DNA of 64,000 nucleotides from Nitrospirales bacterium (GCA_965203295.1 CBDBCZ010000013.1:384001-448000), one strand, 5' to 3'. Positions 34,061 through 47,888 are shown, counted from the first letter of the stretch. The notes: a model not told the origin generated them from the letters alone. Numbers and translations are program-made.

Positions 34061-37000
34061 TGGATTCAAGGGCTGCAATATTGCTAGCTTTTTCTAGAGC
34101 ATCTGCAATTGCTTCAGCATCCATTTGTTGGACATCAGAAAGACTGCTGGATCGATAATCTTGACCACATGCTTGAGATTCCCGGTAATCAGTGAGGGCT
34201 CGCCGAGCTTCCTTCAGGTAGGTATCATTACTTGGATCCTTTTTTAGCATCCGTGCTGTAAGAGCCCATTTTCCAGAAACTGGAATAATCTGATCTTCAG
34301 TGATGTCGTGATGGGACAAGCCTTTGAAAATTTCAGAGACAAATTGGATTGTCTCACTTGGGCTCATTTCTGCATCACTGGATTGAGTATAGGAGATGTC
34401 ATGCTGTGTCACTGCAATTATCAGTCGTCTATCAGAGCTGACAGCTAATAAGAGAGATACAGCAGTGTCATGAATTAGTACTGAGAAAATAAAGAATCCT
34501 CCCCAAAATACTAGTTAAGATGCTCAGGGGCTCTGTTTAGCTACTGGAGCCCCTGAGCAAATAAGCTGTATGCAGGATCTACCAACACATGCTAGCAGGA
34601 TGTAGCTAATTCCAACTGACTACTCTCTCCAGATGATATTCATTAGACTATCATAAATAAATACGTAGTTTGATAGGTCAGGGCCTTAGGAGCAGGTTTC
34701 GCAGGTGCACCTGCGCCAGGTGCCAAGGCGTGGAGTAGTGGGCATCACACATGTGACGTAAGCCTTGCGTACAATGAATCAAGCAGAATGCATCCTCAGG
34801 TGATGACATAATGTGTACGCAGTCTGAGAGCAAAGTGGAGCCATGCCATTTGAAGCAAAAAGGCTGAGAAAGATACTGCTGTAAGAAGCAAAATATGCTA
34901 TTTGTGACTCTCCCAGCAGTGACCTAGTTGGAGGGGCTTGGACTTGAAGGTAGAGAACATTAATTTGATGTCACTTTGAGTTTTATAACGTCTGCAAGGT
35001 ATGTGCATGAAAGCTGAAATGGTAATGATAGCAGGCAACATAATCTAGTGGTTTCAATCAGCATATCTGGTCTCACCATCCATCTTACAGGAACTACAAT
35101 TCATCCTCTGATACATAAAACAATGCACCAACCCTAATAATATGTGTTGGACACACATTATTATAGTAACAAGTGAATGCTGAAATACCACATTGGGTGA
35201 ACAGAGATGATATGATGGAAACTGCATGGGCATAGCGTAAGGATGTCTTGTGTGTTGATGGGTGTACTTTCCTGTAGCCGTATATACTGAGAGCTTCAGG
35301 GATCAACACATTATAACATTATAGCAATTTAGTGGTTATGGCCATTTATGATTGACTGGAATACGTTTATGTCACTAGTCTGCTAGTACAGTGGAATGCT
35401 GTACATAAACATAATTCTCTTCACAAGCTTGACATTATAACGTTTCTCAATGCCTATACAGACCTCTGTCCAGTAACTTCAGTTGATCCAAAATTGACAG
35501 ATCACCACTGTTGCTGAGTTGGTGATAGGATATCAGCAGGATGTAAGCAGCACTACCCCTCAAAACCCTTCCCGCGGCATCATCAAGATGTGGTTGATCG
35601 AGTGCAGCAAAACCAGGTGTGTCAACGATCTGCACTCGTGACTTTGAACACAGCAATGGCATGTTCAAATGGAGTATCAGCTTTTCATCCTGAGAACAAT
35701 AATAAAATAGGTGAAAAGTTGCTGGAAAGTATTGTCCAGAAAAAAGTACTGAAATGCCACATGCACATATCTAGTGTATTCCATAATGATTGCTTAGCCT
35801 TGTCTTGCCCTGGGTGTATAATTACTCATGCTAGTAATCCCACTAATTGCAACCCATGCTATTACTGATCGAATCGCCATGAAGTTTTATAATCACAAGA
35901 AATTACACTCTTGTGTTTTTCACGAAATTTCCACCCATAAAAAGTAACCCACCATACAGTGAACTTCTAATGTATTCGAGTGTAATTATAGCACACTTTG
36001 ATATTTTAGTGTACATTACCATGGCAACCACTTTTTTCCACCCTTATAGCACTCAAAGAAGGCCACACACCGGGACCATTACTATACCAATGTACATTAA
36101 ATCAGTTAAAGGTCAGTTTGGTTGAGGGGTTAAAATCCTCAGCTTCGCCTTGGACTTTAAACTCCCCTCACCCAAACTGACCCTTTACTAATACATAATA
36201 CTTTTAGTTCAGTACTACGTACATGACAAGTGATTCACTCTTTGTGGAATATTTGTACCTGCAATACTATTACTATTTTCTGAGTATATGAACAACAACA
36301 ACATACTTTCATTATTTGCTGCTGCCTGTCTCTCTGTAGAGAAAAAAGGAAGAGACATAATAATTATTATTTGCATTCATCATTACCGCTCAAAGGCTGT
36401 TTTAGGGCCACTGTATTACATGCACTTATGGAACATGGTTTACAGTAATTGAGTCATTGTTCATAAACATATATACTTTGGAAGACAATGGGAGTCATTC
36501 GCTGTTGTAATTCATTCATGTGAGTAAAGCTGGAATTAGGCACATGCAGCTGCAATGGCAAGCTACAACTTAAGGCCCTATCACTATCCATACAACTATA
36601 CGTGGAGAAACCTGACTTTGTTTTCCACTCAAGGATCAGAAATGTATGAATTGTGTTCCTCCCTCCTCACCCTTCCTTCATAGCAGATTTATTGTATGTC
36701 TCCTTTATAAACACCCCCTTTTCTTAACTTTACACTTAGCAGTGTTTTCAAAATTCACGTCATGCATTCACTACATCATAGCTAGTTACTTCATAGATCC
36801 ATATTTTTAAGCTACGTAGGCCCAATTTGTAGTCATACGTAATACAGCTAATATAATAATAATGCATACATAATATTACTATACTGCAATAACAGCTCAT
36901 GGTGTCCAGATAAGCAAGAATTATAAATCATGCTGAAGTCTATTCTTGCCTTCGTTTGGTAGCTGCGAACTTCTTCATTTCTTCCTCGTATGTACTGGAG

Positions 37001-37443
37001 TACATACTCTCTGCCACAAGCCACAGTTTGACACATTTCATTTCCAAAACTCTCAGTCAGCTAATCAAAATGAAAGGAGTTTGTAAAGTAATATCTATAA
37101 TATTGGATAAAATAAATCATACCTCTGGACCAGTCATAGCACAGGTCTCCCTGTGTCGTAGATAAACTCTCACAGCAGTTTCCGGCCGGCGGTGGACTGG
37201 AAGTATCCTATACAAAGAATAGATTGTGATTATACTTCTAAAAACTGCATTTTGAATTTCATGATCACCACTTACCGATTACCCACCATTGCATTGATAA
37301 GTGTTGTTTTTCCAGCATTGTTACGTCCAGTGATTGCAATACTCACTGAACGTTTTTCCAAGCTCATTGAGAATTCACTAAAATCAACACTTGCTCCAAT
37401 CTTCTGATGCTGCCTGAGGACCTGAAGGAAGCCCAACGCTACC
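34061..37443 (-). CDS. Dynamin-like (BDLP/mitofusin-type) GTPase domain exons
   Basis: G1 ITGRNNAGKTTLINAMVG (37275-37443), G2 ILPVHRRPET (37122-37207), G3 IVDTPG (35462-35690), G4 variant AVTQHD and IIPVSGKWAL (34061-34444); these exons join in phase if the donor near 36949 is GC. Confidence 0.8.
36005..36195. repeat. GCTTCGC-centred palindromic repeat; inverted copy at ~54428-54604
   Basis: aaggtcagtttgg..atccTCagcTTCgccTTggac..ccaaactgacc; flank gtacattaccatggcaaccacttt shared with the second copy. Confidence 0.8.
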
Positions 37444-38118
37444 TGCGTTGTCATAAGGAATATATATACACACATAATATGTTGCAGGTTGATCTCAAGC
37501 GTGTACAATCACACAAATAGAGTGCAGGATATATGTTGGAGTGTGCTTTTGGGTAAACACACCATGGCAGAGAGGTAGTCCTCTGCCAACCACAGTTAAG
37601 GGTTGCACTATCTATCCTTCATTACTTTTGCATCCTATATGCTGGCATGTAGCGTGATGCATAGCAGAATATTGCACACAGATAGTACCGTGGAAGAAAA
37701 TCAGTGCAGAGAAAATCACTGTTAGTAGTTCAAAATCTGAATTCTGATGCAAAACAAACTGTGAAAATTTGAATGTGCACAGAAGCAGTAAACATGCATG
37801 TGAGTGCTGTAGTTCTGAAACTACAATGACATACAGAATTCAAAGCTAGCTTAATTTTGTGCTGCCTAGACGGCAAAAAAGTGATAGGCAGCTGTGACAA
37901 TCCCGTTAAGTGTAAGTTACAGTTGCTATTTAGCAGTGCAGAATGAAACTGTAGGGTTGCAATTTGCTGTAAGTTCAGTTGCTTATCTGCTTTTAGTATC
38001 CAGGAGAGACAGCCGAATACAGTTCTACATCTGATTGCGCATATTTAAACTACCAAAACTAAAGTAACGATATTTTGATATATTAACTAAACTTTCCTGC
38101 TATATGGTACAATATTAA

Positions 38119-38757
38119 CTCATTGCACGCCGTAATTAAGTCACGCGCGTGATGCTCCACGCTATAATTTCTACAACAATGGCATACTAAAAGTTTTAGC
38201 TCAGTGTTTGGCTATTTTTATGCTTACCAAGTCAAGTATCCAGCGAATTCTGCATTGTACTTGTTAGAAGACTATCGGCTACAGCCATTGAAGGCAAAAA
38301 GGGCGGCGGATTGGATCCAAGAAGGGCTTCAGGAGCGATAATCGGATACACGGTAAGTTCGATACGAAACTGTTGTCTTCACACTCAGGCGGCAAAGAAC
38401 GATGGTCCTACTAAAGCCCCCGACTCTCCCCTGAACCAGTTACCATCGTATCCGCCAGTGAAGTTGACTACAGAGCCCAACTAGCTGCATAGCAATGTAG
38501 GTAGCCATAGCTAGCCGTCTTGATCGGTTGTATATTTTGCCATATGTATCTGTTCTATTACAGATTAGATCGACTTTCGGCACACTTACATCATTATTAG
38601 TAATCACTCTATTCAATTTTATGGCTAATAAAGGGAGGGGTTGCCCCTCCTGACTGTACAGTTAACTTGCCGTTTCTGAAGCCACTATTATAGTGGTGTA
38701 TGGCGTAGCGGAAGGATTACGTAATATCCATTTAAGTGGCGTACGGCGTGCAATGAG
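38119..38757. mobile_element. piggyBac-like non-autonomous element (639 bp)
   Basis: TTAA|CTCATTGCACGCCGTA ... TACGGCGTGCAATGAG|TTAA: perfect 16-bp TIR and TTAA TSD. Confidence 0.8.
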
Positions 38758-40230
38758 TTAATACAATTGGAGTGTCCTACTGTAGTCTCACAGATTTTAA
38801 CATTTGCCTATACAACAGAAAAACTCTACCAGGCCAACCCCGATGATTTCAAGGGGGGCAGGGAACAAGGGTATGCACATAAACTAGCTGCTTCTCTAAA
38901 TAAACCACATAGAAGCTAACTTCAATGCTTTTTTCATGAGAATATTTCCCACTATAATTATATGAAATGGTTGCCTATACAATAACTCACACGGAAAGCA
39001 GAGAAATAGTCAGTAGGCGTCTTCTTCTTCTTTCGAAACTCAAGGTAGCAACTTCCATGATCTAAATTGAAAAAATGCAAAATTTCCAGTCCCTAAAACG
39101 TACTCTTGCATAATCCTCTAAACTGGTTGTGTAGAAAGTTGATCAAAATCCACAGGAAAAAAAAGTGGAATTTCCTGAAATGCGTTACAAGGAAATTTGA
39201 CAGGAAATCTGGTATTTCAGGTACAGGGTAGAATTTCATGATTTAAAGAAAGTTCTGACACTTTTTTGATGTTTATTTTTCATCCAAAATCATAACTATC
39301 ATTGCATCACTTCTTATGTTGTGCCTTTGTTCTGCATAATTATACATACCATGGCAATAGGTATGTACTATAACAATGAGTACATGTATTATATACACAA
39401 ATTCTCTGTCTCAATCTTGTTAGGGTGGGTAATCTCAGGGTGATTCCTTAAGGATGGCCAGCACTCATAAGGGAAGGGATCCTAGGAGATTATATGTATT
39501 GTATAGCCGAAAAATTTAGTGGGAACTATATAATTGATGAAATGGCCTCCGTCTGGCTGTAAAAAAGAATTGGCAGAGTTTAAATTTGAGATTGGTGATT
39601 GCGAAGCATTTAATATACATCATCCATGCATTCATTCATCTTGTGTTCAGATGCTGTGCATGTCGAGCATCAACTAAGTAGAATTTCACGCTGGGAGAAG
39701 TATTGCAGTGAAGGTAGAGTAGTAACTCCGATAATCCCTATGATATACGATATGGCAGTTACGCAAAGAAACAATGCTGTCAGCCTCATTCCAAGAAATT
39801 ATTGACTGCTTGCTCACTATTCCTTAAACTTCCACGATTCACTGCACTGTTTTCAGCGGACTTACCTCACAGGAGGGTGAATTACGTGTGACATATACGA
39901 GCGAAGACACCTTTACGTTGCCGCCATGCGTACTAATGTGTGTCACCCTTACCAGCAACCAAAAACAGGGCTGCTATTCGCTAATGAAAGTCTCCTTCCA
40001 AATGAAGAATACTAGTACCAACCTGCAGAGGAGGAGTCAAATATGTGTTGCAAGCCGTGCTGAACACCATGGACTATCTTTGTTGCAATGCCCAGGGATT
40101 GGGATTTGACAGGCAATCCATAATTGGGTAATACAACTTTTTCTTCTGGTGCCTAAATTGAGTAGAAAAAGCACATAATTATTTTTAGAGATCCTAAACC
40201 ACCAATTTATACATTTCCTTGTTAAATAAA

Positions 40231-40739
40231 TAAAAGGTAAATAAATAAATAATTAAGTATGGCAGGAGTCACATAACTTTGATCAGTAAGATTCTTGAGC
40301 AAGAACTCAAAAACATTTAGGAGAAAATAGGAAACACTGTAGTGTGGCCTACATGCTTCTACTTGCTGGCAAGCTGACAGCTCTAAGGTTGTAAGTGCAC
40401 AGAATGGTGGAGAAGTCTTGTGACAGTAGTGAAAAGAAATACGGCATGTTACTTCTCTTTATTGCAGTCTCCAAGCTCTAAATGTATACCAGATGTAAAG
40501 ATCAGATACTGGTAAAAGGTAAATAAATAAATAATTAAGTATGGCAGGAGTCACATAACTTTGATCAGTAAGATTCTTGAGCAAGAACTCAAAAACATTT
40601 AGGAGAAAATAGGAAACACTGTAGTGTGGCCTACATGCTTCTTTGGGCTGGCAAGCTGACAGCTCTAAGGTTGTAAGTGCACAGAATGGTGGAGAAGTCT
40701 TGTGACAGTAGTGAAAAGAAATACGGCATGTTACTTCTC
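40231..40739. repeat. 227-bp near-identical direct duplication with a 55-bp spacer
   Basis: 40231-40457 matches 40513-40739 except for a few bases near gcttct(acttgc/ttgggc)tgg. Confidence 0.95.
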
Positions 40740-41545
40740 CATGATTGATATGGGCTGTGTAGTATAACAGCAAAAATGGTTGGTCCAGTTAGAGTTTAGG
40801 AGCAACATACATATGCTACAGAATGGGCCAATACCGGCTAGTGCAGGCCAACTTATTGGGTCCCTGTATGTAATATTGCTATTTATACAGGTTTATTTTT
40901 CACTAATTCACAAAAATGTACATTAAGCTAGCAACAACCAAATCAGAATACTTACAAGCACTTCCCTCTGCTGCAGTTTTGGCTTGAACTCAGACGGTAA
41001 TTCTGGTGTAGACCAGTTTGGAGGAGAGATTTCTATACCATGAGAGAATATTCCTGTATTAGTTTCCCTCAAAGTAGAGAAGTAGACCAACGGAACTGTT
41101 TGGATGTATCTCTACTCAGCAAACAGTGTCAAAATGTCATGTTTAAATACATAGATATATGTTAACACTTTCACATTCTTACCATGCAGTACCAAATCTG
41201 GAAGTTTAGCACACCATTAGCCTAAGTACCTACTGTAAAGTGCAAGCTATCTATCACGTATAAGTAATCATTACTATTTAGCATGTAAATTGCATTAGCT
41301 ATTTATGAATCATTACCACAACCACACTGACAATTTACTGCACCAATAGGCCTTTATCCATTACTACGTAATTATGACGTCTGGGGGGTAATAGTGGGCA
41401 CTAATTGGAATTCGAAGCGTCGCAAGAAGCGCGAGTGCACCACCTGTTCTTTCGTTTTTCTGGACTGTCAGCTGTTTTTCAGTGCTTAGTCCATTTCCAA
41501 GGTTAGTTCAGTTATTTTTCTCTGCAAAAGATATCTCAAAGTTCG

Positions 41546-42697
41546 ATGGCGACCGCAAATGAAGTTTCAGGCTCTTCATCTTCCCCTCACCCTTCGCGGT
41601 CTTGTAGCGACGTCCCTATCCACAAGTGGACTTGCTCTGCGCTCAAAACCTGGCTTAAGGCCCGCGGATTAAGCTATTCAGCAATGAGAAAGGATGAACT
41701 AATAGCGAAGTAAGTCCAGATGTAAATCGATTATCGGTAGACTGGTAGGGTGGAGCGATTTGTCCCCTCCTTTTTTGTACTTCGGCATGTTTACATTACA
41801 CAAAATGATAAAGCAAGTACAGGTACATGTACACACTACAGGGCAAGTAATGTACACTACAGTGCAACTGATCCTTCCATTAGGGTTGAGGGAGCAATCA
41901 GGTGTGGGCTTGATTCACCTGTAGAGGAGAGTGAAGAAGAAAATGAGGCAGCACCAGACGGTTATGAGGCAACACTATCGTCAGAAAGTGGCTGGATAGA
42001 TGCCGAGTGTATTGATCTACCCCCACTCACCCTCAAGCACATACACCAGTACTTCATAACTGGACGACTGCACAAAGAGCGGGTCACTGCATCAAAGCCA
42101 TTCGAGAGGGGCTATAGACTATTCAGTTCAAGGAAGGTCCAGTGTCTCTCAATTCATGACGTTACCAGTAACTCTGTTTACTGCATCATCCGTGCAACAG
42201 TCTTGCCCTCACAGAAATCTGGAGCATATAAAACAGCCATTGCTCTAAATAAAACAAATGGGCATGTTATATACGGAAGGTGTACCTGTGTCGCAGGTAA
42301 CTCAGCCTGCAATCATACTGCTGCACTGATGTTCGCAATAGATGATATGAACAGGGAACGGGCTAGCTGTGGAGCCGGAAGTAGTGGAGCCCCTAGTTCA
42401 ACCTCGCTGCCCAGGAAGTGGGGTGTTCCAGCAAAATCTAAGAAAGACCCAACACCAGTGAACATGCTGGAGGTAGTAAAACCTAAGTATGGAAAGCTAC
42501 CGCAACACACCCCTACTGACGTCCAACCCATCGATCCTTCTATTGGCCTAGTACACATGGCTAGAATCATGTCCCTTCGGGAGGACCTAGAAAAGAATTG
42601 TAAGGATCAGATACTTTTCAGTCAGGTGTGGCCATCACAACCAGATGCGAAGCAAGCAGACAGGCTAATGAAAATGCAGGCGAGGCCTAAAACATAA
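41546..42697 (+). CDS. SAP + SWIM zinc-finger protein (N-terminal part of a YqaJ-type accessory protein, nuclease domain not seen); exons 41546-41709, 41884-42697
   Basis: WTCSALKTWLKARGLSYSAMRKDELIAK (SAP); VLPSQK, GRCTCVAGNSACNHTAALMF (SWIM), TSLPRKWGVP. Confidence 0.75.
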
Positions 42698-42806
42698 TGT
42701 AATTATATATTAATTGTATGTAGCTGATTATATTCATGATGCCACAAACACAACATACACACAGTCAACGATAAGAGCACAGAAATAACTTAAGCACAGA
42801 AATAAC

Positions 42807-43247
42807 TTATAACTCGTTATCTGAAAGAGAGTCAGTAACCAAAGGAGGGTGAAACAAACTGAGTGCACAACAAACTCCCCATATGTTATCTACAGAATTT
42901 ACAAGTGTTAGTGGTACAACATTTTTCAAAATGTGATACTGCTTTTCTGGCTTTTGCTTTTTGGAAGGTATGGGGTATCGAACAGTAGGAGGGTGTCGCT
43001 GCTTCACTGATTTACTCCATGGAAAAATAGTTGGGATTTGGGAATTAACTGTTTTTTCACTTCCTTCAAAATGCAGGCTGCAAATTCTAGAGTTCTCACT
43101 CACACTGATATGTCTTTTAATACTAACTAACCACTTGTATCTCTGGTCAGGTTCTTGGGGTAGGCGATGAAATTTGACACCCTCAAACTCAGGCCTATCA
43201 CTCCTGCTACAGCACCCCGGTATGCTGCAAATCTGATGTCGAGGCAT
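42807..43247 (-). pseudogene. THAP domain fused to the C-terminal tail of a DDE_Tnp_4-type transposase (catalytic core deleted)
   Basis: CSIPGC..FHRLP..KWL..RICSLHF..PTIFP (THAP), followed shortly by YHILKNVVPLTL..DNIWGVCCALSLFHPPLV. Confidence 0.85.
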
Positions 43248-43906
43248 GGGAATTGGGCTCAGGCGTTCAATTGAGGCTGTGAAATCTTTCAGTTCTATTC
43301 AAAGTTCGACACACGCAATAGAGTCTTCAGGCAACTACTATCCACGACCGCAATAGAAATCCCACTCTCTTACAAACAGCGCGTTCTCATTCTAGAATAC
43401 AATAATGTGGCCCCACAAATTCAAGTTAAATAAGCAAAGTACTCACCTAGCAACACTTTCCGCGGGTTTCTTCGCCTTTTCCAGCTGCTGGACTCCAAGA
43501 AAACTGAGGTCTTCCCGCTGCGTTCCGCCATTCTGCGACGCTTCGAATTCCAATTAGTGCCCACTATTACCCCCCAGACGTCATAATTACGTAGCAATGG
43601 ATAAAGGTCTATAAAGACACACTACACACACAAAGTAATAAGGGGAATAGAGCTAAAAGGTAAAATGAAATATCTTTAGATCCGATGTCTACCCGGCTTT
43701 GTACAGAATTATTCATAAGATTCCAGGCAGGGATAAGCATATTTTATACCACATTACATCATCTACAATAAAAATGATTGGCTAAAAAGTGTGGGTTACA
43801 TAGCTTCATAACCCACACTTTTTATCAGTTCGCTACGTTGCTACGCAGCGAAGATTGTACGCATGCGCAACGTGGTATAAGTGAGATAGACCACACCCAC
43901 TCGTGT

Positions 43907-43994
43907 GTTATGCGCTATAACCCACTTGTTTGCATTTATCCCTCGGCTTCGCCTCGGGATAACCGCAAACTCGTGGGTTATATAGGCGCATAAC
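43907..43994. repeat. GGCTTCGCC-centred palindrome
   Basis: gttatgcgctataacccac..atcccTCggcTTCgccTCgggataa..gtgggttata..gcgcataac; related small hairpin at ~43790-43817. Confidence 0.85.
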
Positions 43995-44274
43995 CCACTC
44001 TTTGACATGGTCTATCCTATACATATATAGTGCCACATATACCTTCAAAATCACTGCAGTCAGGATCAGATGGCTGTTCAATTTCATCTGCACTAGCATG
44101 TCCCTAAAAAGACAAATTACATTCCGGGGAGTGTGTAACAAGCACTCTCTTAAAAGAGTTTGCATTTCTTTTTGAGACGTGATCACATGCCACCAAGTGT
44201 AAGTATGATGGGCAAAGATTGATAACAACGTGCACGTGGCTGAAATTGTAATTACTATATATATGTGACTGTAT

Positions 44275-44312
<38 letters not shown>

Positions 44313-45460
44313 CGTCATCTAGCGATTACGAAATTGCTCTAAAATTAGAACCTGGATATAATTGTCACCTTAAGGTATAACTATACTCACCCACATTTTT
44401 GCTCACCCGTAATCATTTTGGAGTGTGGTCAACTTAAACTTTCTTGTTGGGCATACCATTATACACATAATTTACTCTGTATAAATAATGCAATCTCTAA
44501 AATTAAAAAACTGAAATAAAGTATTGGCATACTTCTGAGCTTGAAGGATCAACTGCACTGCCAATGGGAGATGGTCCTCTGACATCACCATATTCACTTT
44601 TTTTCTCTAATAGTGGTGTACAAAATTAAACATTTGAGGAGAAATTATTTTGGGGAGTGGAGATTGATATGACAGCCTAAATGCATGCCAAAAAATAGTA
44701 GTAGTTTATGACTAATAATATTTGTGGTTATGAATGTCTGAGTAAGAAAGTCATGCATAGGAAAGCAGTGGAGTAAGGCAGCGTCTAGTCTACTCGAAGC
44801 AAGCATGCGCCTGATCGGAGTCTACGGTATTTAGTGGAAGACTCAAACCTATTTGTGGACTTAGCTGATTAACAGTTGCTTTAGCTAATAGGCAATTTTC
44901 AAATTATATATTCTGTAGTTGTAAAGCTCTCGCGTTAGATTGGATTCAGCTTAAAATAATGTTAGTGATGGACTTGCGCTAGATTAGATTCATAATAACT
45001 CACAATTCTTTCACTAGAATCACAATTAGATCTTTTTCGATAATAGAATAAAGATGGTAGTGCTATTCTAGCAACTATGCAGTTATTCTCAGATCAATTC
45101 AAACATGATTACCATAGTAAGAGGCTGCTAATAGTGTGCTAAAGACACATGCAAGAGTTCAATACAATTGTGTATACTGCATACACTGAAATCACGTGCA
45201 CATACTAATATAGTATATAGAAGAAGAAACGACTTTCAATGCTTAATTCTATTGGTTTGTGGTTTATAAAATTAAGGATACAATACATATATTAGCATGG
45301 CAAATATCAAAAGCAGTATGTAATTTATTATGATATGATACCCAACTAGGCCAAACCGTGTGGCATAATAGTAGAAATGCCCATCACTGAAAGATGGACA
45401 GAAAAGCATTATATAATGGTAGCTACAATTCATGCCTGTTCCCTGAGGTTATCAGAAATA

Positions 45461-46317
45461 CTAGTAGTATTTGAAATCAACTTGGAGACATGGAACAACT
45501 AGACTAGATGCGGCACCTTTCAAATCTTGAAGTATTTCCTTGACTCCAGGGACAGCAGTCTGTTTTTCTAGGCAGCTGATTAAATCATCGAGCATTCCAT
45601 GAGGTCTCCGTCCAAGACATGCTAAAATATGCAGGTTTTTATCATTTGCTGAAGCTTTAGTGTGAAGCTGATCATACTCTGCTTGAGTCAGCAACCCATT
45701 TTGGAAAAAAACAGGAGCAAGATCTTGGCCTGGTAACATTCGTAACAGGTTCGTATGCAGCTTCTGAAGTATTTGCTGCTCCATGACAAACCTACAAGAA
45801 AGGAAATATAGTTAATAGAATTAGCAACCACAATGAAGATTATTGGAATTATGGAGAGATCACCTAGATGTACGTACCTAGACATCTGAGTTTGCTTCTG
45901 CAAATCTGCCTTGCGGTACATATAATCTCCTTGGTCAATAATCAGTAGCTGCTTTGCATCCGTGCATGCATTCAATGAAGTTACCAATGGGAGGGGCTCA
46001 GCCTAGTCTCGTACCCAGCCCCACGTTAGAAAGGTGGGTCTGGCTCTCCGTATATTCAAAGTTGGGTTAGCATTACATCATATTACATCACCAAACGAAT
46101 AGTGTCCACGTGGCCACTAGTATCGATATCCAGATACTGCACCATTTAGTGATGTAATACTATAATCAACCAATCACATTGCCGGTCCAGATCTGACGTA
46201 AAGCTGCCCCAACTTTGAATATACGGGGAGCGAGACCCACCTTCCTAACGCGGGGCTGGGCACGAGACTAGGCTCAGCCCAGTGCAAGGCAACTAATGCA
46301 CGCCAATAACAGCCCAT
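45461..46317 (-). pseudogene. CARD (death-fold) gene, probable first exon interrupted by a MITE
   Basis: ILQKLHTNLLRML..DLAPVFFQNGLLTQAEYDQL..DKNLHILACLGRR..DLISCL is CARD-like. Removing 45995-46270 gives ACCATGG-initiated MGCYW...QMSR spliced in frame to FVMEQQ. Confidence 0.65.
46004..46270. mobile_element. AcademH-like MITE (267 bp)
   Basis: ~55-bp TIRs starting TAGTCTCGT, 9-bp TSD ggctcagcc (45995-46003, 46271-46279). Confidence 0.9.
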
Positions 46318-47888
46318 GGTGGTGATAGCTAGCAATAACTCCTCTGTTTTTTTCTCTATCCCACTCCCAATACAGCTAAAACTACGTATATTTTATTTCC
46401 ACTGATAGCATAAGAATTCAGTGTGATCACTGCTGGGGTAGGTTGAAAAAAGATAAATTATTAACTCTCTGCCCCCAATGTCAATACTGTTAGTATAGCA
46501 AACAGATAATAGAGCAATTGTAGTCCCAACATGGCCTCTATACCCCTTGGCCCTTTACATTCTATTTGGGTGTAGAGACTCAAAACACTCTCCAGTACTA
46601 TTGCTATATTCTGCTTTTATGACCACAGTTCTATAATAGTGGGTACTTTACCACAACATTTACACATAAACTGATTTATTGAGTACAGCATGTAGAGTAC
46701 TCCATATGAATGACAATTCATCACATTCAATCAATGAAGTTCACAAACGAAAGCTGGTGATAGATGAAAGTGAGTTTCAAGATGATGCTGTTGGATTGAT
46801 GTTTAAGCAGGCAGGTTGGTGTCAGGCACATAAAGCGGTAAGTATTATCTACTATTGCAGCAGTTAACTGTGAGGGCTGTTATTGTAAAAACATGATTAT
46901 TTTTGTGTGTGCTGTGATTAAGCTTATAATATTGGGCTCTGTGATAGCACTGCTGTTGGTCTGCTGTGGTTAGCTTTATGGCATTACTGCCATCAGTCTG
47001 ATATATATATGTTGGGCTTTGTGGTGCATGGTACTGCTGTCAGCCTGATATATGACTGGCCACTACTACAATACTTATTTGACCACACTATGTAAGCATT
47101 AAATAATATTAATAATTGCATTCTGTTGTCACAACAATAATGCAATGAGACCAGACCTACTTTTCATGTGAGGGGCTGGCTCACGAGACTGCTGTCGGAT
47201 ATGGCTGTCATTCTTATGAAATGGACTTTGGTTGTTCTTAAACAACTACCACACTATGCCACACATTATCCGGTAGTCATGGAAAAGTACATATTGAGCT
47301 TACGTACATAGACGTATACAAGTATATTTAGTGCAGAATCTGTCGCAATAAATCCCAGGACTCTCAAGCTAATTGTAGGTCTGATTCACAGTTATATTAA
47401 AGCTTCCAAAGGGCCTGCATGTCTATAGATCAATAACGAAGACTTATTATCTACTTGGAATCAAGAACGCACAAAGCTGACTTTACAAATCCAAAAACAC
47501 CGCCATTGCAATAAGTCAGCATTCTCGATGTCTGGACATATACCCATAGACCTACAGATATAGCCGTGACTTGAGCAGCATCAGTCTCTTGGATTTGGAG
47601 GGATTTACCACAAATGTCTTTCGAGCTGGTATGTGAATATAGTGCCTGTACCGTTTGCCTCCTAATTAACTTGCATATATTACATATGGGACCGGTTATG
47701 TGAAAAATGAGGCATACACACTATACTTCCACTTGCGGCATGATTTCCCATTTCTGGCAATGATCTCAGACTACTCACACGACATCCTCCCACTACCTTG
47801 CACACTCTACACTAGTAATGCATGCTCAGAGGCAATAAAGATTGCAGATGTTCACAGTATACAAACTTTAACTTTGCCTCCCTCATAC

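Larger units (their letters stand above)
41348..43610. mobile_element. ISL2EU/PIF-Harbinger-group DNA transposon, internally deleted
   Basis: ~77-bp TIRs (AGGCCTTTATCCATT...GCGTCGCA, 2 mismatches), AT flanking both ends, convergent SAP-SWIM and THAP-transposase ORFs. Confidence 0.9.
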
